Assembly (NCBI GenBank): GCA_965209155.1
Contig: OZ242383.1
Location: forward strand, 2,306,051 to 2,370,050
DNA: 64,000 nt
Direction: 5' to 3'
Source: a bacterium
Lineage (GTDB): Bacteria; SAR324; NAC60-12
Below are positions 29,386 through 39,015 of this stretch, piece after piece. The notes below the pieces were generated by a model that saw nothing but the letters and a program-made list of their open reading frames with translations, made no database searches and was not told the DNA's origin. The stretch's first letter is position 1. Each line of letters opens with the position of its first letter. Both the position numbers and the translations under genes were made by a program.

Positions 29386-30459
29386 TCAGAACCGATCCGG
29401 TATATCCAGCTCACTGGTGATTCTGTGGAACCATTCAATAACCTCGGGGTGATACGGGATTCCTTTCTCCGTTCTCGAAATTTCTTCCTCGTGCGCCTGC
29501 AAGCCGGCATAGACCACCCGGTCCTCTCCCGGAGCAGTCGGCGTTTCTCGTAGACTCCGGAGGTAGCTATCCATTTCCTGCTTGAACGAATTGACGTCGC
29601 CAAAAGCACTGACGTTGTAAGCAAGAAAGTGGTGAGATGGATCCTTACGTCGGAAGGGTCCAGCGCCATCGCCTCCCAAGACCCCACATAGAATTTCGAT
29701 CATCATTGCCAGCGAATAGCCTTTATGGGATCCGATCTCACGGGTTCCCCCGAGTGGAAGAAACTGCCATTCTTCTGGAATTGGACCTTCCTTCATGATC
29801 GGGGTGCCGTCTTTCTCTGCGATCCAACCGGGTAAAACATCCACCCCGAGGCGTTTGACCAGACCGATCTTGTTCCCTGCCACGGAACTCATGGTGGCGT
29901 CAAAAAGGAAAGGGGGCTCTTGATTTGCCGGTACTGCGACTGCCAGGGGATTCAAGCCCACCATCGGCTCAGCGCCATGAGTGGGAACGAGAGCCAACCA
30001 ACCTGTGGTCATTGCCATGCCAATCATATCGTGTTTCAACGCCATACCCGCGTGATAAGCTGCAGCTCCAAAATGCGCGCCATTGGTCAGCGTAACAGCG
30101 CCTATCCCATATTTGTTCGCACGTTCAATGGCCATGTCCATGGCTTGCGGACCAACCACCAACCCGAATCCACGATCTGAATCGAGCGTTGCCACCGCGG
30201 GCGCTTCCGCAATTATTCTGGGATTGGGAGTCGGGTTGATTTTCCGGTCACGAAACAAATCGATATAAGTGGGCATCATGTTGGAAACCCCGTGGGTCTC
30301 AATTCCACGGATATCCGCGTAAATGAGGACATCAGCCGCAAGTCGCGCATCTTTTCCCGGCATCCCCATCTTCAGAAAAATTGCCTCAATGGTCAGACGC
30401 ATGTCGTTATGGTTGATACGGACAGCAATTTCTTCTGGAACCTTAAATCGTTCAAGCAT
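29386..30459 (-). CDS. Ldh_2-family (malate/L-lactate/sulfolactate-type) dehydrogenase.
   Basis: IRGIETHGVSNMMP and GSHKGYSLAMMIEIL motifs of PF02615-like enzymes. Likely start MLERFKV. Confidence 0.7.
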   Translation of the reverse strand: MLERFKVPEEIAVRINHNDMRLTIEAIFLKMGMPGKDARLAADVLIYADIRGIETHGVSNMMPTYIDLFRDRKINPTPNPRIIAEAPAVATLDSDRGFGLVVGPQAMDMAIERANKYGIGAVTLTNGAHFGAAAYHAGMALKHDMIGMAMTTGWLALVPTHGAEPMVGLNPLAVAVPANQEPPFLFDATMSSVAGNKIGLVKRLGVDVLPGWIAEKDGTPIMKEGPIPEEWQFLPLGGTREIGSHKGYSLAMMIEILCGVLGGDGAGPFRRKDPSHHFLAYNVSAFGDVNSFKQEMDSYLRSLRETPTAPGEDRVVYAGLQAHEEEISRTEKGIPYHPEVIEWFHRITSELDIPDRF

Positions 30460-30764
30460 TGAAAACCATTCCTTCCTATTCGATTCGGGGAGTAGTGGAG
30501 TCAGGCGGAGACGTACCATATCCCGGCACGCAACACGCAATGAGTATCTTCATTCTCTAACTGAAGATCGAACAACAATCGTTATATCTACTATCCATGC
30601 GATAAATGTCAAGTATTTATGAGAGGGATGTGTCAAAATAATAAAATTCTCTCCAGGTAATTGCGCGTCACGGACTCGAAACATGCACTGATTTTTCAGG
30701 ACGTCGCAATACAAGGAAGGTATTACAAAATTCTCTTCGTTCGTGACAAGGATACAGTTTACGT

Positions 30765-31479
30765 GAATCTGGAGTTAAAAAAAGTGTCATTCCTGGCTTG
30801 ACCAGGAATCCAGCGGGATACGGGCGATATTTTGGATGCCGGACCAGGATGATCCGGGACCAGCATGACACATCATAACTATTGATTTTATAAGTCATCA
30901 CCACCGGCAGAGCCGGTGGCTTGAAGAGGCCCCCAGGATGGGGGCAAAACGTGTTCGTCATCGTAAGACGTGCTCGTGCTCGTGAACGAAAAAGGCTGCC
31001 ATGTTAGATCATGAAAAAATCGATGTATACCAAGTGTTCCATCGAATTTTTAGCGTTATCTGTCCAAGTCATCGAAACATTGCCAAAAGGATACTCAGCC
31101 TTAGTTGACCAACTGAAAAGGGCCTCATGGTCGATTCCTCTCAATATCGCAGAAGGCTGTGGAAAAAATTCCTTTCCTGACAAGCAACGATTCTATGCAT
31201 TTGCCCGAGGTTTTGCAATGGAATGCGCTGCTATTCTCGATGTTTTAAACGTGTTGAAGATCATCCAGCCTCCTTTATTTGACGAAGGGAAACAGTTACT
31301 TCATCGCATTGTTTATATGTTAACCAAAATGTGCCGTCGAATTCACTGACCGTTCACGAGCACGAGCACGGCTAACGGACACGGATACGTTTCTCATGTC
31401 TGACCGGCAAAGCCTATTAGGTTCGCACCAGCAGAGCTGGTGGTTTAATGAGATTAATTAAATTTCAACTCCTGATTCG
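30765..31479 (+). mobile_element. MITE copy A (TIR GAATC(A/T)GGAGTTRAAA / ATTTCAACTCCTGATTC), interrupted by a 559-bp insertion at 30894-31452. The insertion carries a four-helix-bundle gene and is bounded by palindromic hairpins (CCACCGGCAGAGCCGGTGG, CACCAGCAGAGCTGGTGG) and 20-bp inverted repeats (30970-30989, 31351-31370).
   Basis: Alignment with intact copy B (36845-37012) shows the insertion point. The inverted repeats CGTGCTCGTGCTCGTGAACG and CGTTCACGAGCACGAGCACG were read directly. Confidence 0.7.
31011..31349 (+). CDS. Four-helix-bundle protein (TIGR02436-like, formerly 23S rRNA intervening-sequence protein).
   Basis: ...LKRASWSIPLNIAEGCGKNSFPDKQRFYAFARGFAMECAAILDVL matches the RAAVSIPxNIAEG / IArGS signature. 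Embedded in inverted repeats, as is typical for this family. Confidence 0.7.
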   Translation: MKKSMYTKCSIEFLALSVQVIETLPKGYSALVDQLKRASWSIPLNIAEGCGKNSFPDKQRFYAFARGFAMECAAILDVLNVLKIIQPPLFDEGKQLLHRIVYMLTKMCRRIH

Positions 31480-31580
31480 TATAGTTTATTAAAAAAGAGA
31501 TCCGTTGTCAGAAATTTAGCTGGTTTTTCCTTGAAGATATTGATAAGCTCTTCAGATTTTGAAAAACGAAGAACTGCGAA

Positions 31581-32414
31581 ATGAGGTATAATCTAGTTGG
31601 AAAAGTTGCCCTGGTGACGGGGGCGGGTGGTGAACACGGCATTGGACGAGCCATAGCCACTCGATTGGCAAGCGAAGGGGCTGACTTGGTGGTCAATGAC
31701 CTTATGGCAAAACCCAGAAACTCGACAAATTGGGCCGGATTGCCAGACCTGGTTCATGAAATTGAAGGGACAGGACGAAGAGCCCTGGCAATTCTGGGTG
31801 ATATTTCCCGGTCGAGTGACGTCGAGCAAATGGTCCGGCAAACTTTAAAGACTTTTGGTCGAATCGATATCCTGGTCAACAACGCGGGAACTCCGGCAGG
31901 CGCAGACCGGGTCCCCCTGGTAGATTTAAGTGAAGAGGATTGGGACCGTGTGCAGCGAGTGAACGTGAAAGGAACCTTTCTTTGTTGCAAAGCCGTGGCG
32001 CGAGTGATGATTGAACAGGGATGGGGAGGTAAGATTCTCAATATGTCCTCCCTGTCGGGAAAATATGGTTCGGTAAGATTTGCAGCCTATTGCGCGTCGA
32101 AATTTGCAGTGCGAGGGCTGACCCAATCCCTGGCCAAGGAATTGGGACCTCATGGAATTCAAGTAAATGCGCTCTGTCCCGGTATGATATTAACTGAACG
32201 TTTTGACGATATTGCGGCAGCAACAGCGCCTGAAGGTCTTTCTGCCGCGGAACAATTGGAAACTATTAAAAAAAGGGCTCTATCCAACACGCCACTCGGT
32301 AGGCTCGGTTCTCCTCGAGACGTGGCTCAGACTGCCGCCTACCTGGTCTCTTCCGAATCCGATTTTTTAACGGGACTGTCCGTCACGATTGATGGTGGTG
32401 CTGTAATGGATTGA
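31581..32414 (+). CDS. SDR-family oxidoreductase (FabG-like).
   Basis: VALVTGAGGEHGIGRAIA, NNAG, YCASKFAV. Confidence 0.8.
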   Translation: MRYNLVGKVALVTGAGGEHGIGRAIATRLASEGADLVVNDLMAKPRNSTNWAGLPDLVHEIEGTGRRALAILGDISRSSDVEQMVRQTLKTFGRIDILVNNAGTPAGADRVPLVDLSEEDWDRVQRVNVKGTFLCCKAVARVMIEQGWGGKILNMSSLSGKYGSVRFAAYCASKFAVRGLTQSLAKELGPHGIQVNALCPGMILTERFDDIAAATAPEGLSAAEQLETIKKRALSNTPLGRLGSPRDVAQTAAYLVSSESDFLTGLSVTIDGGAVMD

Positions 32415-32453
32415 ACTACCTGCACGTCCCTGATCTAACCCGAAGGAAAAAAC

Positions 32454-33335
32454 ATGGACCCCACATCGAGAAGCGAACGAGAACCCAGGCTGAAGGACAA
32501 AGTAGCTATTGTCACGGGAGGTGGCGGGTACGATGGCGTATTGGGAACCGGCAGAGCTACTGCTATCTGCATGGCCAGGGAAGGCGCCAAAGTCCTAGTG
32601 GTCGACCTGAATGGTGAGAATGCATCGCGCACGGCAGAAACGATTCGAGATGAAATTGGCGGAGAGGCTTCCATATTTATCGCGGATGCAACTAAAAGCA
32701 AAGATTGTCACGCGATGGTGAATGCGGCTGTCGAGCGTTTTGGTGGTTTACATGTCTTGGTTAACAATCTTGGCTTTGGTGGGCAAACCCAAAGCTCGAG
32801 TAAGATAAGTCAGGGATTCGGTGTTGCCGGACTCGATGAAGATGAATTGGAACGCGTAATGGATTTCAACCTGAAAAGCGCTATGTTGGCCAGTAAACAT
32901 GCCATTCCCGCCATGATTGCCGCAGGGGGAGGATCCATCATAAATTTCTCGTCCTGCGACGCTCTTGCCGCTGCCGAACACTATAGAGTCCCTTATTCCG
33001 TCTCCAAAGGCGCCCTTCACATATTAACGCAAACGACCGCAGCGTGGCACGGACGAGACGGTATCCGGGCAAATTGCATTGCTCCCGGACATTTACACTC
33101 TGCATATACAAACCAATTTTCACCCGATCATCGGGACCTTCGACGACGGGTCGTGCCACTGGGAACAGAGGGCACTCCCTGGGACGTCGCCTGGGCGGCG
33201 GTTTTTCTGGCCAGTGACGAGGCGCGTTGGATCTCGGGTGTGATCTTGCCCGTCGATGGAGGACTTTTTGCGGCCCAGCCACTCCTGGGCCATAATTTTA
33301 TCACAGGGGAATATCCCCAAAACAAAACCAAATGA
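32454..33335 (+). CDS. SDR-family oxidoreductase.
   Basis: VAIVTGGGGYDGVLGTGRATA, VNNLGFGG, YSVSKGAL. Confidence 0.75.
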   Translation: MDPTSRSEREPRLKDKVAIVTGGGGYDGVLGTGRATAICMAREGAKVLVVDLNGENASRTAETIRDEIGGEASIFIADATKSKDCHAMVNAAVERFGGLHVLVNNLGFGGQTQSSSKISQGFGVAGLDEDELERVMDFNLKSAMLASKHAIPAMIAAGGGSIINFSSCDALAAAEHYRVPYSVSKGALHILTQTTAAWHGRDGIRANCIAPGHLHSAYTNQFSPDHRDLRRRVVPLGTEGTPWDVAWAAVFLASDEARWISGVILPVDGGLFAAQPLLGHNFITGEYPQNKTK

Positions 33336-33346
33336 AGGAGAAAAAA

Positions 33347-34195
33347 ATGACTTATCCCTTAAATCCGGATTTGATGTACATGATGCCCACTCATTTCGGT
33401 CCCATGAGCGGACCGAGACAAGGACCCGGCGGTAAAAAGTTCGCGTTTGAAATGGACCAACGTAAGACCAAAAGCGTATCGGTCAGTTTTCTCACCAACG
33501 CCGAGCAATTGAGAGATTTTCTACCACCCGGATTTGAATTACACGGGGAACCGGTGGTGACGGTCAGCGCGAGTTACATGAAGGAGATCGATTGGCTGGC
33601 AGGCCGGGGCTATAATGTTCTTGGCGTTACTTTTCCCGTGGTCTACCAGGGAAATAAAGACCGTGCTACCGGCCCTTTCCTCACGGTGCTTTGGGAAAAT
33701 TTAACCGATCCCATTCTCACCGGCCGCGAACAATTGGGGTTCTCCAAAATTTACTGTGAGTTACCAGAGCCCGTCGTTTACAAAGGTGAGACCCATTGCA
33801 CCGCGAGTTGGATGGGGTTTCGCTTTCTTGATATCAATCTCAGCGGCTTGAAAGAGGTAGATCCCGCGGATTTCGCGACACCTGCTCAGCCTTCCATGGA
33901 CGGGACCCTGCGAGGGCAGATTCACTATAAATACATGCCGCGCACGGGGGAATGGGGCAAGGAAGATGTTGCCTATGCGGTTTTATCTCCAGCTGCGACT
34001 AATCCATCGCCGCCACGGTCTTTGTCTCGTGGGGACGGAACCATAATGTTCCATGGGGCACGCTGGGAGGACTTACCCACCCAATATATGATTGTCAATG
34101 CCTTCAGCGCATTGGAAATCAAAGAATATCGAGGGGCCAGCATTGAAGAACGAGTGGGCAGCGGTAGCATGTCAAATCAACATATTCTATATTAA
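33347..34195 (+). CDS. Acetoacetate-decarboxylase (ADC)-family protein.
   Basis: MTYPLNPDLMYMMP... and GREQLGFSKI (cf. the ELWGFPKK motif of ADC-like proteins). Size about 280 aa. Confidence 0.45.
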   Translation: MTYPLNPDLMYMMPTHFGPMSGPRQGPGGKKFAFEMDQRKTKSVSVSFLTNAEQLRDFLPPGFELHGEPVVTVSASYMKEIDWLAGRGYNVLGVTFPVVYQGNKDRATGPFLTVLWENLTDPILTGREQLGFSKIYCELPEPVVYKGETHCTASWMGFRFLDINLSGLKEVDPADFATPAQPSMDGTLRGQIHYKYMPRTGEWGKEDVAYAVLSPAATNPSPPRSLSRGDGTIMFHGARWEDLPTQYMIVNAFSALEIKEYRGASIEERVGSGSMSNQHILY

Positions 34196-34220
34196 ATCAA
34201 AAAACAAAAAGGTGACAACT

Positions 34221-35855
34221 ATGAATGGTTATGAAGCATTAGCAAGAATGTTGCAAATCGAAGGAGTCGAGTTCCTCTCAGCCTTCCCCGCGCAACCTCT
34301 CATCGACGTTTCTGCCCGCATCGGAATCCGGCCTGTCATTTGCCGTCAAGAACGGACCGGAGTGAACATTGCGGATGGTTTCAGTCGCATCTCGAATGGA
34401 CGCAAATTTGGAGTATTCACTATGCAGCATGGACCCGGAGCGGAGAATTGTTTCGCAGGTGTGGCTCAAGCCTTTGCGGATTCGGTTCCGATGCTGATAC
34501 TGGCGGGAGGAGAGCCCTTGACTCGACAGGGAGTGTCTCCGACATTCGAGGCCCGCCGGAATTTTCAGTTCGTTACCAAATGGGCTGCTCAGATCAACAG
34601 GGTCGAAGACATTCCGAACATGTTGCGACGGGCGATAATTCAGATGAAACATGGCCATCCCGGACCCGTGTTGTTAGAGATGCCCGGTGACGTGATGAGT
34701 TTGGAATATCCGGGAAACGTTGAGGAGTACAAAGTCGTTCGACGTCGAGAATCCCTTGCCTGCCGGGAAGATGTCCGTGAATTGATTGAGGCCTTATTGA
34801 AAGCTTCTTCTCCAATCATCGTTGCCGGGCAAGGGGTGCTGTATTCGCAAGCAACGGAAGAATTGGTAGCATTTGCCGAGTTGGCTCAATTGCCTGTCAT
34901 GACCACCCTGGCTGGCAAAAGCGCCTTTCCGGAAAATCATCCTCTGTCATTGGGAACCGGAGGATTGTCCCGTACTCTGATGGTGAAGCGCTTTTTGGAA
35001 TCTACGGACTTCAGCTTGGGAATTGGAACCAGTTTCACTCGAAATATATTCACAACCCCGATGCCCGAAGGAATTACTCTCGCGCAGGTGAGTAACTGTG
35101 GAGAAGATATCGGTAAAGATTACGAAGTCGGGTTTGGCGCAATTGGAGAAGTACGCCTGGTGCTTCAGCAAATGATTGAAGAATATCAGCGACAAGACGG
35201 TTCGAAAGTGCGGGGAGACGACTCCGCTGCTTCAAACCGGGTTGCTGCGGTACGTGAAGAATTTGATGCAGAGTGGGAACCGAGACACACTTCCGACGAA
35301 ATCCCCATCAGTCCCTACCGTGTCTTTCGAGAATTGGCAAATTCCTTTGACGTTGCCAACACCATCATCACTCACGATTCCGGCTATCCACGCGACCAGC
35401 TGGTACCGATGTGGAAGTCCGTTTCTCCCCGAGGCTACATTGGTTGGGGTAAATCCACCCAGCTTGGCTATGGACTGGGCCTGTCGATTGGCGCTAAATT
35501 GGCGGCTCCGGAAAAACAAGTGATCAACATCATGGGAGACGCGGCATTCGGCATGTCGGGATTGGACCTCGAAACCGCCGTACGCTCCGAAATTCCTATC
35601 CTGACCGTGGTGCTCAACAACTCGGTGATGACCAATTATGACCACCATATGCCTGAAGCTACCAAACGCTACAGGAGTAATGAGTTGGGAGGCAATTATT
35701 CTAAAGTAGCCGAGGGATTGGGGCTTCATTGCGAACGCGTATTTACGCCGGATGGCCTGGCTCCCGCATTCAAACGAGCGGGAGCGGCCAATCGAGAAGG
35801 TCGACCTGCCTTGGTAGAAGCCATTAGCAAAGTCGAAAACAATGTCTCTAAGTGA
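34221..35855 (+). CDS. Thiamine-pyrophosphate-dependent enzyme (acetolactate-synthase large-subunit-like, or sulfoacetaldehyde acetyltransferase-like).
   Basis: N-terminal TPP_N (MNGYEALARMLQIEGVEFLSAFP). Central domain. C-terminal TPP-binding GDAAFGMSGLDLETAV...NN. Confidence 0.7.
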   Translation: MNGYEALARMLQIEGVEFLSAFPAQPLIDVSARIGIRPVICRQERTGVNIADGFSRISNGRKFGVFTMQHGPGAENCFAGVAQAFADSVPMLILAGGEPLTRQGVSPTFEARRNFQFVTKWAAQINRVEDIPNMLRRAIIQMKHGHPGPVLLEMPGDVMSLEYPGNVEEYKVVRRRESLACREDVRELIEALLKASSPIIVAGQGVLYSQATEELVAFAELAQLPVMTTLAGKSAFPENHPLSLGTGGLSRTLMVKRFLESTDFSLGIGTSFTRNIFTTPMPEGITLAQVSNCGEDIGKDYEVGFGAIGEVRLVLQQMIEEYQRQDGSKVRGDDSAASNRVAAVREEFDAEWEPRHTSDEIPISPYRVFRELANSFDVANTIITHDSGYPRDQLVPMWKSVSPRGYIGWGKSTQLGYGLGLSIGAKLAAPEKQVINIMGDAAFGMSGLDLETAVRSEIPILTVVLNNSVMTNYDHHMPEATKRYRSNELGGNYSKVAEGLGLHCERVFTPDGLAPAFKRAGAANREGRPALVEAISKVENNVSK

Positions 35856-35921
35856 GCTCAAGCAACCAGAATTTTCATGCTCTCAAAATCAGCATATGCA
35901 AGACAACGAAGTTGAAGAAAT

Positions 35922-36824
35922 CTATTGATTCTCAGAACTTTTTTGAATGGCTTCAACTTTGGCAAGGACGTTGCGGGCGCGTTTGATCACGGGAGCATCA
36001 ACCATTCGCCCCTCATGCGCAAAGACTCCCACACCAGCAGCATTGTATTTTTCAAAGGCGTCAATCAGTTGGCGAGCAAGGTCAATCTCTTCCGCAGAGG
36101 GTTGGAAGACTTCATTGCAAATCTCCACTTGACTGGGATGGATGCAGAATGCCCCTTCAAATCCAAGCAAGGCAGCGCGACTGACCCATTCCCGATAGGT
36201 TCTCTTTTCCTTATAAACCGTAATGGAACCCAAGTACCCCAAGGGAATGATACCGGCATGACGGGCAGCTGCCAGGGCAAGCATATGTGGGACATACATG
36301 GCATCGGGGACAGGTTGCGTTCCCAATGAAGCCGAGAGGTCTTCAGTGCCGACGATCAATGCCAGCAGTCGAGGAGTTGCAGAAGCAATTTCATTGACGT
36401 GAATCAATCCCTCCGCATTTTCAATCATGGCTATCAGACGAATGGCACCTACTGGCAACCGGTGCTCGGTTTCCATTTCTGTGATGGTTTCGTCCAACAG
36501 ACGTAAAAAGTGCGCGTGGGGCACTTTCGGAACCGTGATGGCATCCAGTCCGGGGCCCATTATCGATTCAAGGTCATGCACCGCCATACGCAACGGCGCA
36601 TTGATCCGGACAACGACATATGGACAGCGTCCTTGCATCTTCTTAATTGCTTGCTTTGCGGCTTGCCGTGCCGCTTCTTTTTCGCTCAGTGGAATTGCGT
36701 CTTCCAAATCGAGTTGGATTGCATCCGCATTGCGCCCTAGTGCGCTTTCCAACAATTTTTCATTGGTTGCAGGGACAAAAAGTAAAGAACGTAAAAGCAT
36801 GGGAGAATTTATCGCTTTTTCCAT
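35922..36824 (-). CDS. HpcH/HpaI aldolase / citrate-lyase beta (CitE-like, citryl- or malyl-CoA lyase family).
   Basis: LFVPATNEKLLESALGRNADAIQLDLEDAI and the signature IENAEG. Confidence 0.7.
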   Translation of the reverse strand: MEKAINSPMLLRSLLFVPATNEKLLESALGRNADAIQLDLEDAIPLSEKEAARQAAKQAIKKMQGRCPYVVVRINAPLRMAVHDLESIMGPGLDAITVPKVPHAHFLRLLDETITEMETEHRLPVGAIRLIAMIENAEGLIHVNEIASATPRLLALIVGTEDLSASLGTQPVPDAMYVPHMLALAAARHAGIIPLGYLGSITVYKEKRTYREWVSRAALLGFEGAFCIHPSQVEICNEVFQPSAEEIDLARQLIDAFEKYNAAGVGVFAHEGRMVDAPVIKRARNVLAKVEAIQKSSENQ

Positions 36825-36844
36825 TATTTCTTTTTAAAAGACGT

Positions 36845-37012
36845 GAATTCAGGAGTTAAAATACGTGTCATTCCGGGCGAAGACCCGGAATCCAGGGGGA
36901 GAGGGGGGATATTTTGGATGCCGGATCATCCTGAACTTGATCCGGGACCAGCATGACACTTCATAAATATTTAATTATTGATTTTATAAATTAAATTTCA
37001 ACTCCCGATTCG
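36845..37012 (+). mobile_element. MITE copy B (168 bp, intact).
   Basis: TIRs GAATTCAGGAGTTAAAA ... AAATTTCAACTCCCGATTCG. Same family as 30765-31479 and 58615-58738. Confidence 0.7.
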
Positions 37013-37215
37013 CATAAGACTGTATCCTTTAGAAAAATGATTCATTTTATGTTGTATCTTATAAGGATTATTTCTACAATCCCCGGAAGGCATTCAAGTC
37101 GTCTTCAAGTGTCTGAGAGGTAATTTCAATCGGGATGACAGACGATCGCATTCCTCTGGAAATTGAATCTTCCGTATTTGAATAAAACATCTTTAAATTC
37201 AAGAAAGTATCGTAA

Positions 37216-37992
37216 ATGAAAACCCTCGAAGGAAAAGTTTCTATCGTTACAGGAGGTGGAACAGGAATTGGCAAAGAAACTGCCATCATCTTTGCAAGGG
37301 AAGGGGCTAAAGTAGTCTTGGCCGGAAGACGCCCGGAACCATTGGAAGAAGTGGTTGCTGAAGTGAAACGGGAAGGAGGGCATGCTGTGGCACGCGCCAC
37401 GGACCTGGAAGATGGGGATGCCGCTGCCGCATTGGGAAGCTGGACAGTCGCTCAGTATGGACGCATTGACATCCTGGTGAACAATGCCGGACATGGATCC
37501 AAAGCGCGTTCCATTCGATACATCAATGATGCCGAGTGGCAAAGTGTTTACAAAGTCAATATCGAAGGCGTCTATCGCCTGACGCAAGCCTGTGTAAATC
37601 CGATGATCGAGCAGGGAGGCGGAGTGGTAATTACGGTTTCTTCGTATGCTTCAATACGTCCCGGTCTCTTGGGAGGAGCAGCCTACAGTTCGGCCAAAGC
37701 GGCATCTCACAACCTGATGCATCATACCAATGTCGAATTGAATTCCAAGGGTATCCGCGCCTGCACCATCATACCCGCTGAAGTCGATACACCCATATTG
37801 AACAATCGGCCACTGCCTCCTGGTGCGAAAGCCCGTTCCACGATGATGATGCCGGAAGACATTGCGCAGGCAATTTATCTCTGCGCGGCCATGCCGTCAC
37901 GAACCGTTGTCGAAGAAATCTGTCTCCGTCCTACGCAGGCGCGTGATGTTTCTGAAGAATTGCAAGCCGCAGCGGAAGCGAGATCTCCGTAA
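37216..37992 (+). CDS. SDR-family oxidoreductase.
   Basis: VSIVTGGGTGIGKETA, NNAG, YSSAKAA. Confidence 0.8.
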   Translation: MKTLEGKVSIVTGGGTGIGKETAIIFAREGAKVVLAGRRPEPLEEVVAEVKREGGHAVARATDLEDGDAAAALGSWTVAQYGRIDILVNNAGHGSKARSIRYINDAEWQSVYKVNIEGVYRLTQACVNPMIEQGGGVVITVSSYASIRPGLLGGAAYSSAKAASHNLMHHTNVELNSKGIRACTIIPAEVDTPILNNRPLPPGAKARSTMMMPEDIAQAIYLCAAMPSRTVVEEICLRPTQARDVSEELQAAAEARSP

Positions 37993-38034
37993 TGTGGATT
38001 GGGGGAGAAGATATCTATCACGTCAGTTGAGATT

Positions 38035-39015
38035 ATGCGCCACTTTAAAAACGAGACTGATTCGAAATCGATTAAACCCGGAGACACGCAAGAGGTCGTA
38101 ATCGACGTAAAATCCGTCTCCAAATCATTCAAAGAAGTGCAGGCCGTGAAGAATCTCGACCTGCAAATAAGACGGGGGGAATTCGTCGCCTTGCTTGGAC
38201 CCAATGGTGCGGGCAAAACGACCCTGGTGGAAATGATAGAAGGGATTCAATTTCCCGATGCCGGGGAGATTCGCTTGTTTGGAAAATCCTGGAACGAAGG
38301 GGCTTCTTTTATCCGTCAAAGAATGGGCCTGGCTCTGCAAGAAACTCGATTTTTCGATAAATTGTCGGTTGAAGAGACACTGAATTTGTTTGCGCAGTTT
38401 TACCGGATCGATCACGGTCGAACGGAAGACCTTTTGGATCTTGTCGATTTGCAGGAAAAGAAAAAGACTTACACCGTTCACTTGTCCGGAGGCCAAAGGC
38501 AACGGTTGGCCCTGGGCGTCTCACTCGTCAATGACCCGGAACTCCTTTTATTGGATGAACCCACCACCGGACTGGATCCGAATGCGCGGCGGAGTATCTG
38601 GGAGATCCTGGAATCTTTGAAATCCAAAGGGACCACCATGATCCTGACAACCCATTATATGGAAGAGGCCGAGCGTCTCTGTGAACGGATCATCTTCATG
38701 GATCAAGGTATCTTTTTAGGGCAGGGAAGTCTGGAAGAACTATTGGCTGCTCAAGGATCGGGGGAATTGATCGAATTCAATCTCGAGCAATCATTACCCG
38801 GAGAGGCTTTCAGTGGCATTCGGGGGTTTTTGGATTTCAGTTGGAATGAGGAAGCCATGCGCGGAAAATTGAACGTAGAAAATACCACCACCGCCTTGCC
38901 CGATTTGCTGAAAATCGTGGAGAACCAAGGGTTGCTGCTCCATGAACTGCAATGCCGACGACAGACCTTGGATGATCTTTTTATTACCCTGACTGGGAGA
39001 CATTTGGATGACTAA
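38035..39015 (+). CDS. ABC transporter ATP-binding protein (ABC-2 type).
   Basis: Walker A LLGPNGAGKTT. Signature LSGGQRQRL. Walker B LLLDEPTTGLD. The ORF-track start at 37999 is also possible. Confidence 0.8.
   Translation: MRHFKNETDSKSIKPGDTQEVVIDVKSVSKSFKEVQAVKNLDLQIRRGEFVALLGPNGAGKTTLVEMIEGIQFPDAGEIRLFGKSWNEGASFIRQRMGLALQETRFFDKLSVEETLNLFAQFYRIDHGRTEDLLDLVDLQEKKKTYTVHLSGGQRQRLALGVSLVNDPELLLLDEPTTGLDPNARRSIWEILESLKSKGTTMILTTHYMEEAERLCERIIFMDQGIFLGQGSLEELLAAQGSGELIEFNLEQSLPGEAFSGIRGFLDFSWNEEAMRGKLNVENTTTALPDLLKIVENQGLLLHELQCRRQTLDDLFITLTGRHLDD

Noticed and set aside
35232-35861. 209-aa minus-strand ORF.
   Set aside because: Antisense inside the TPP-enzyme gene.
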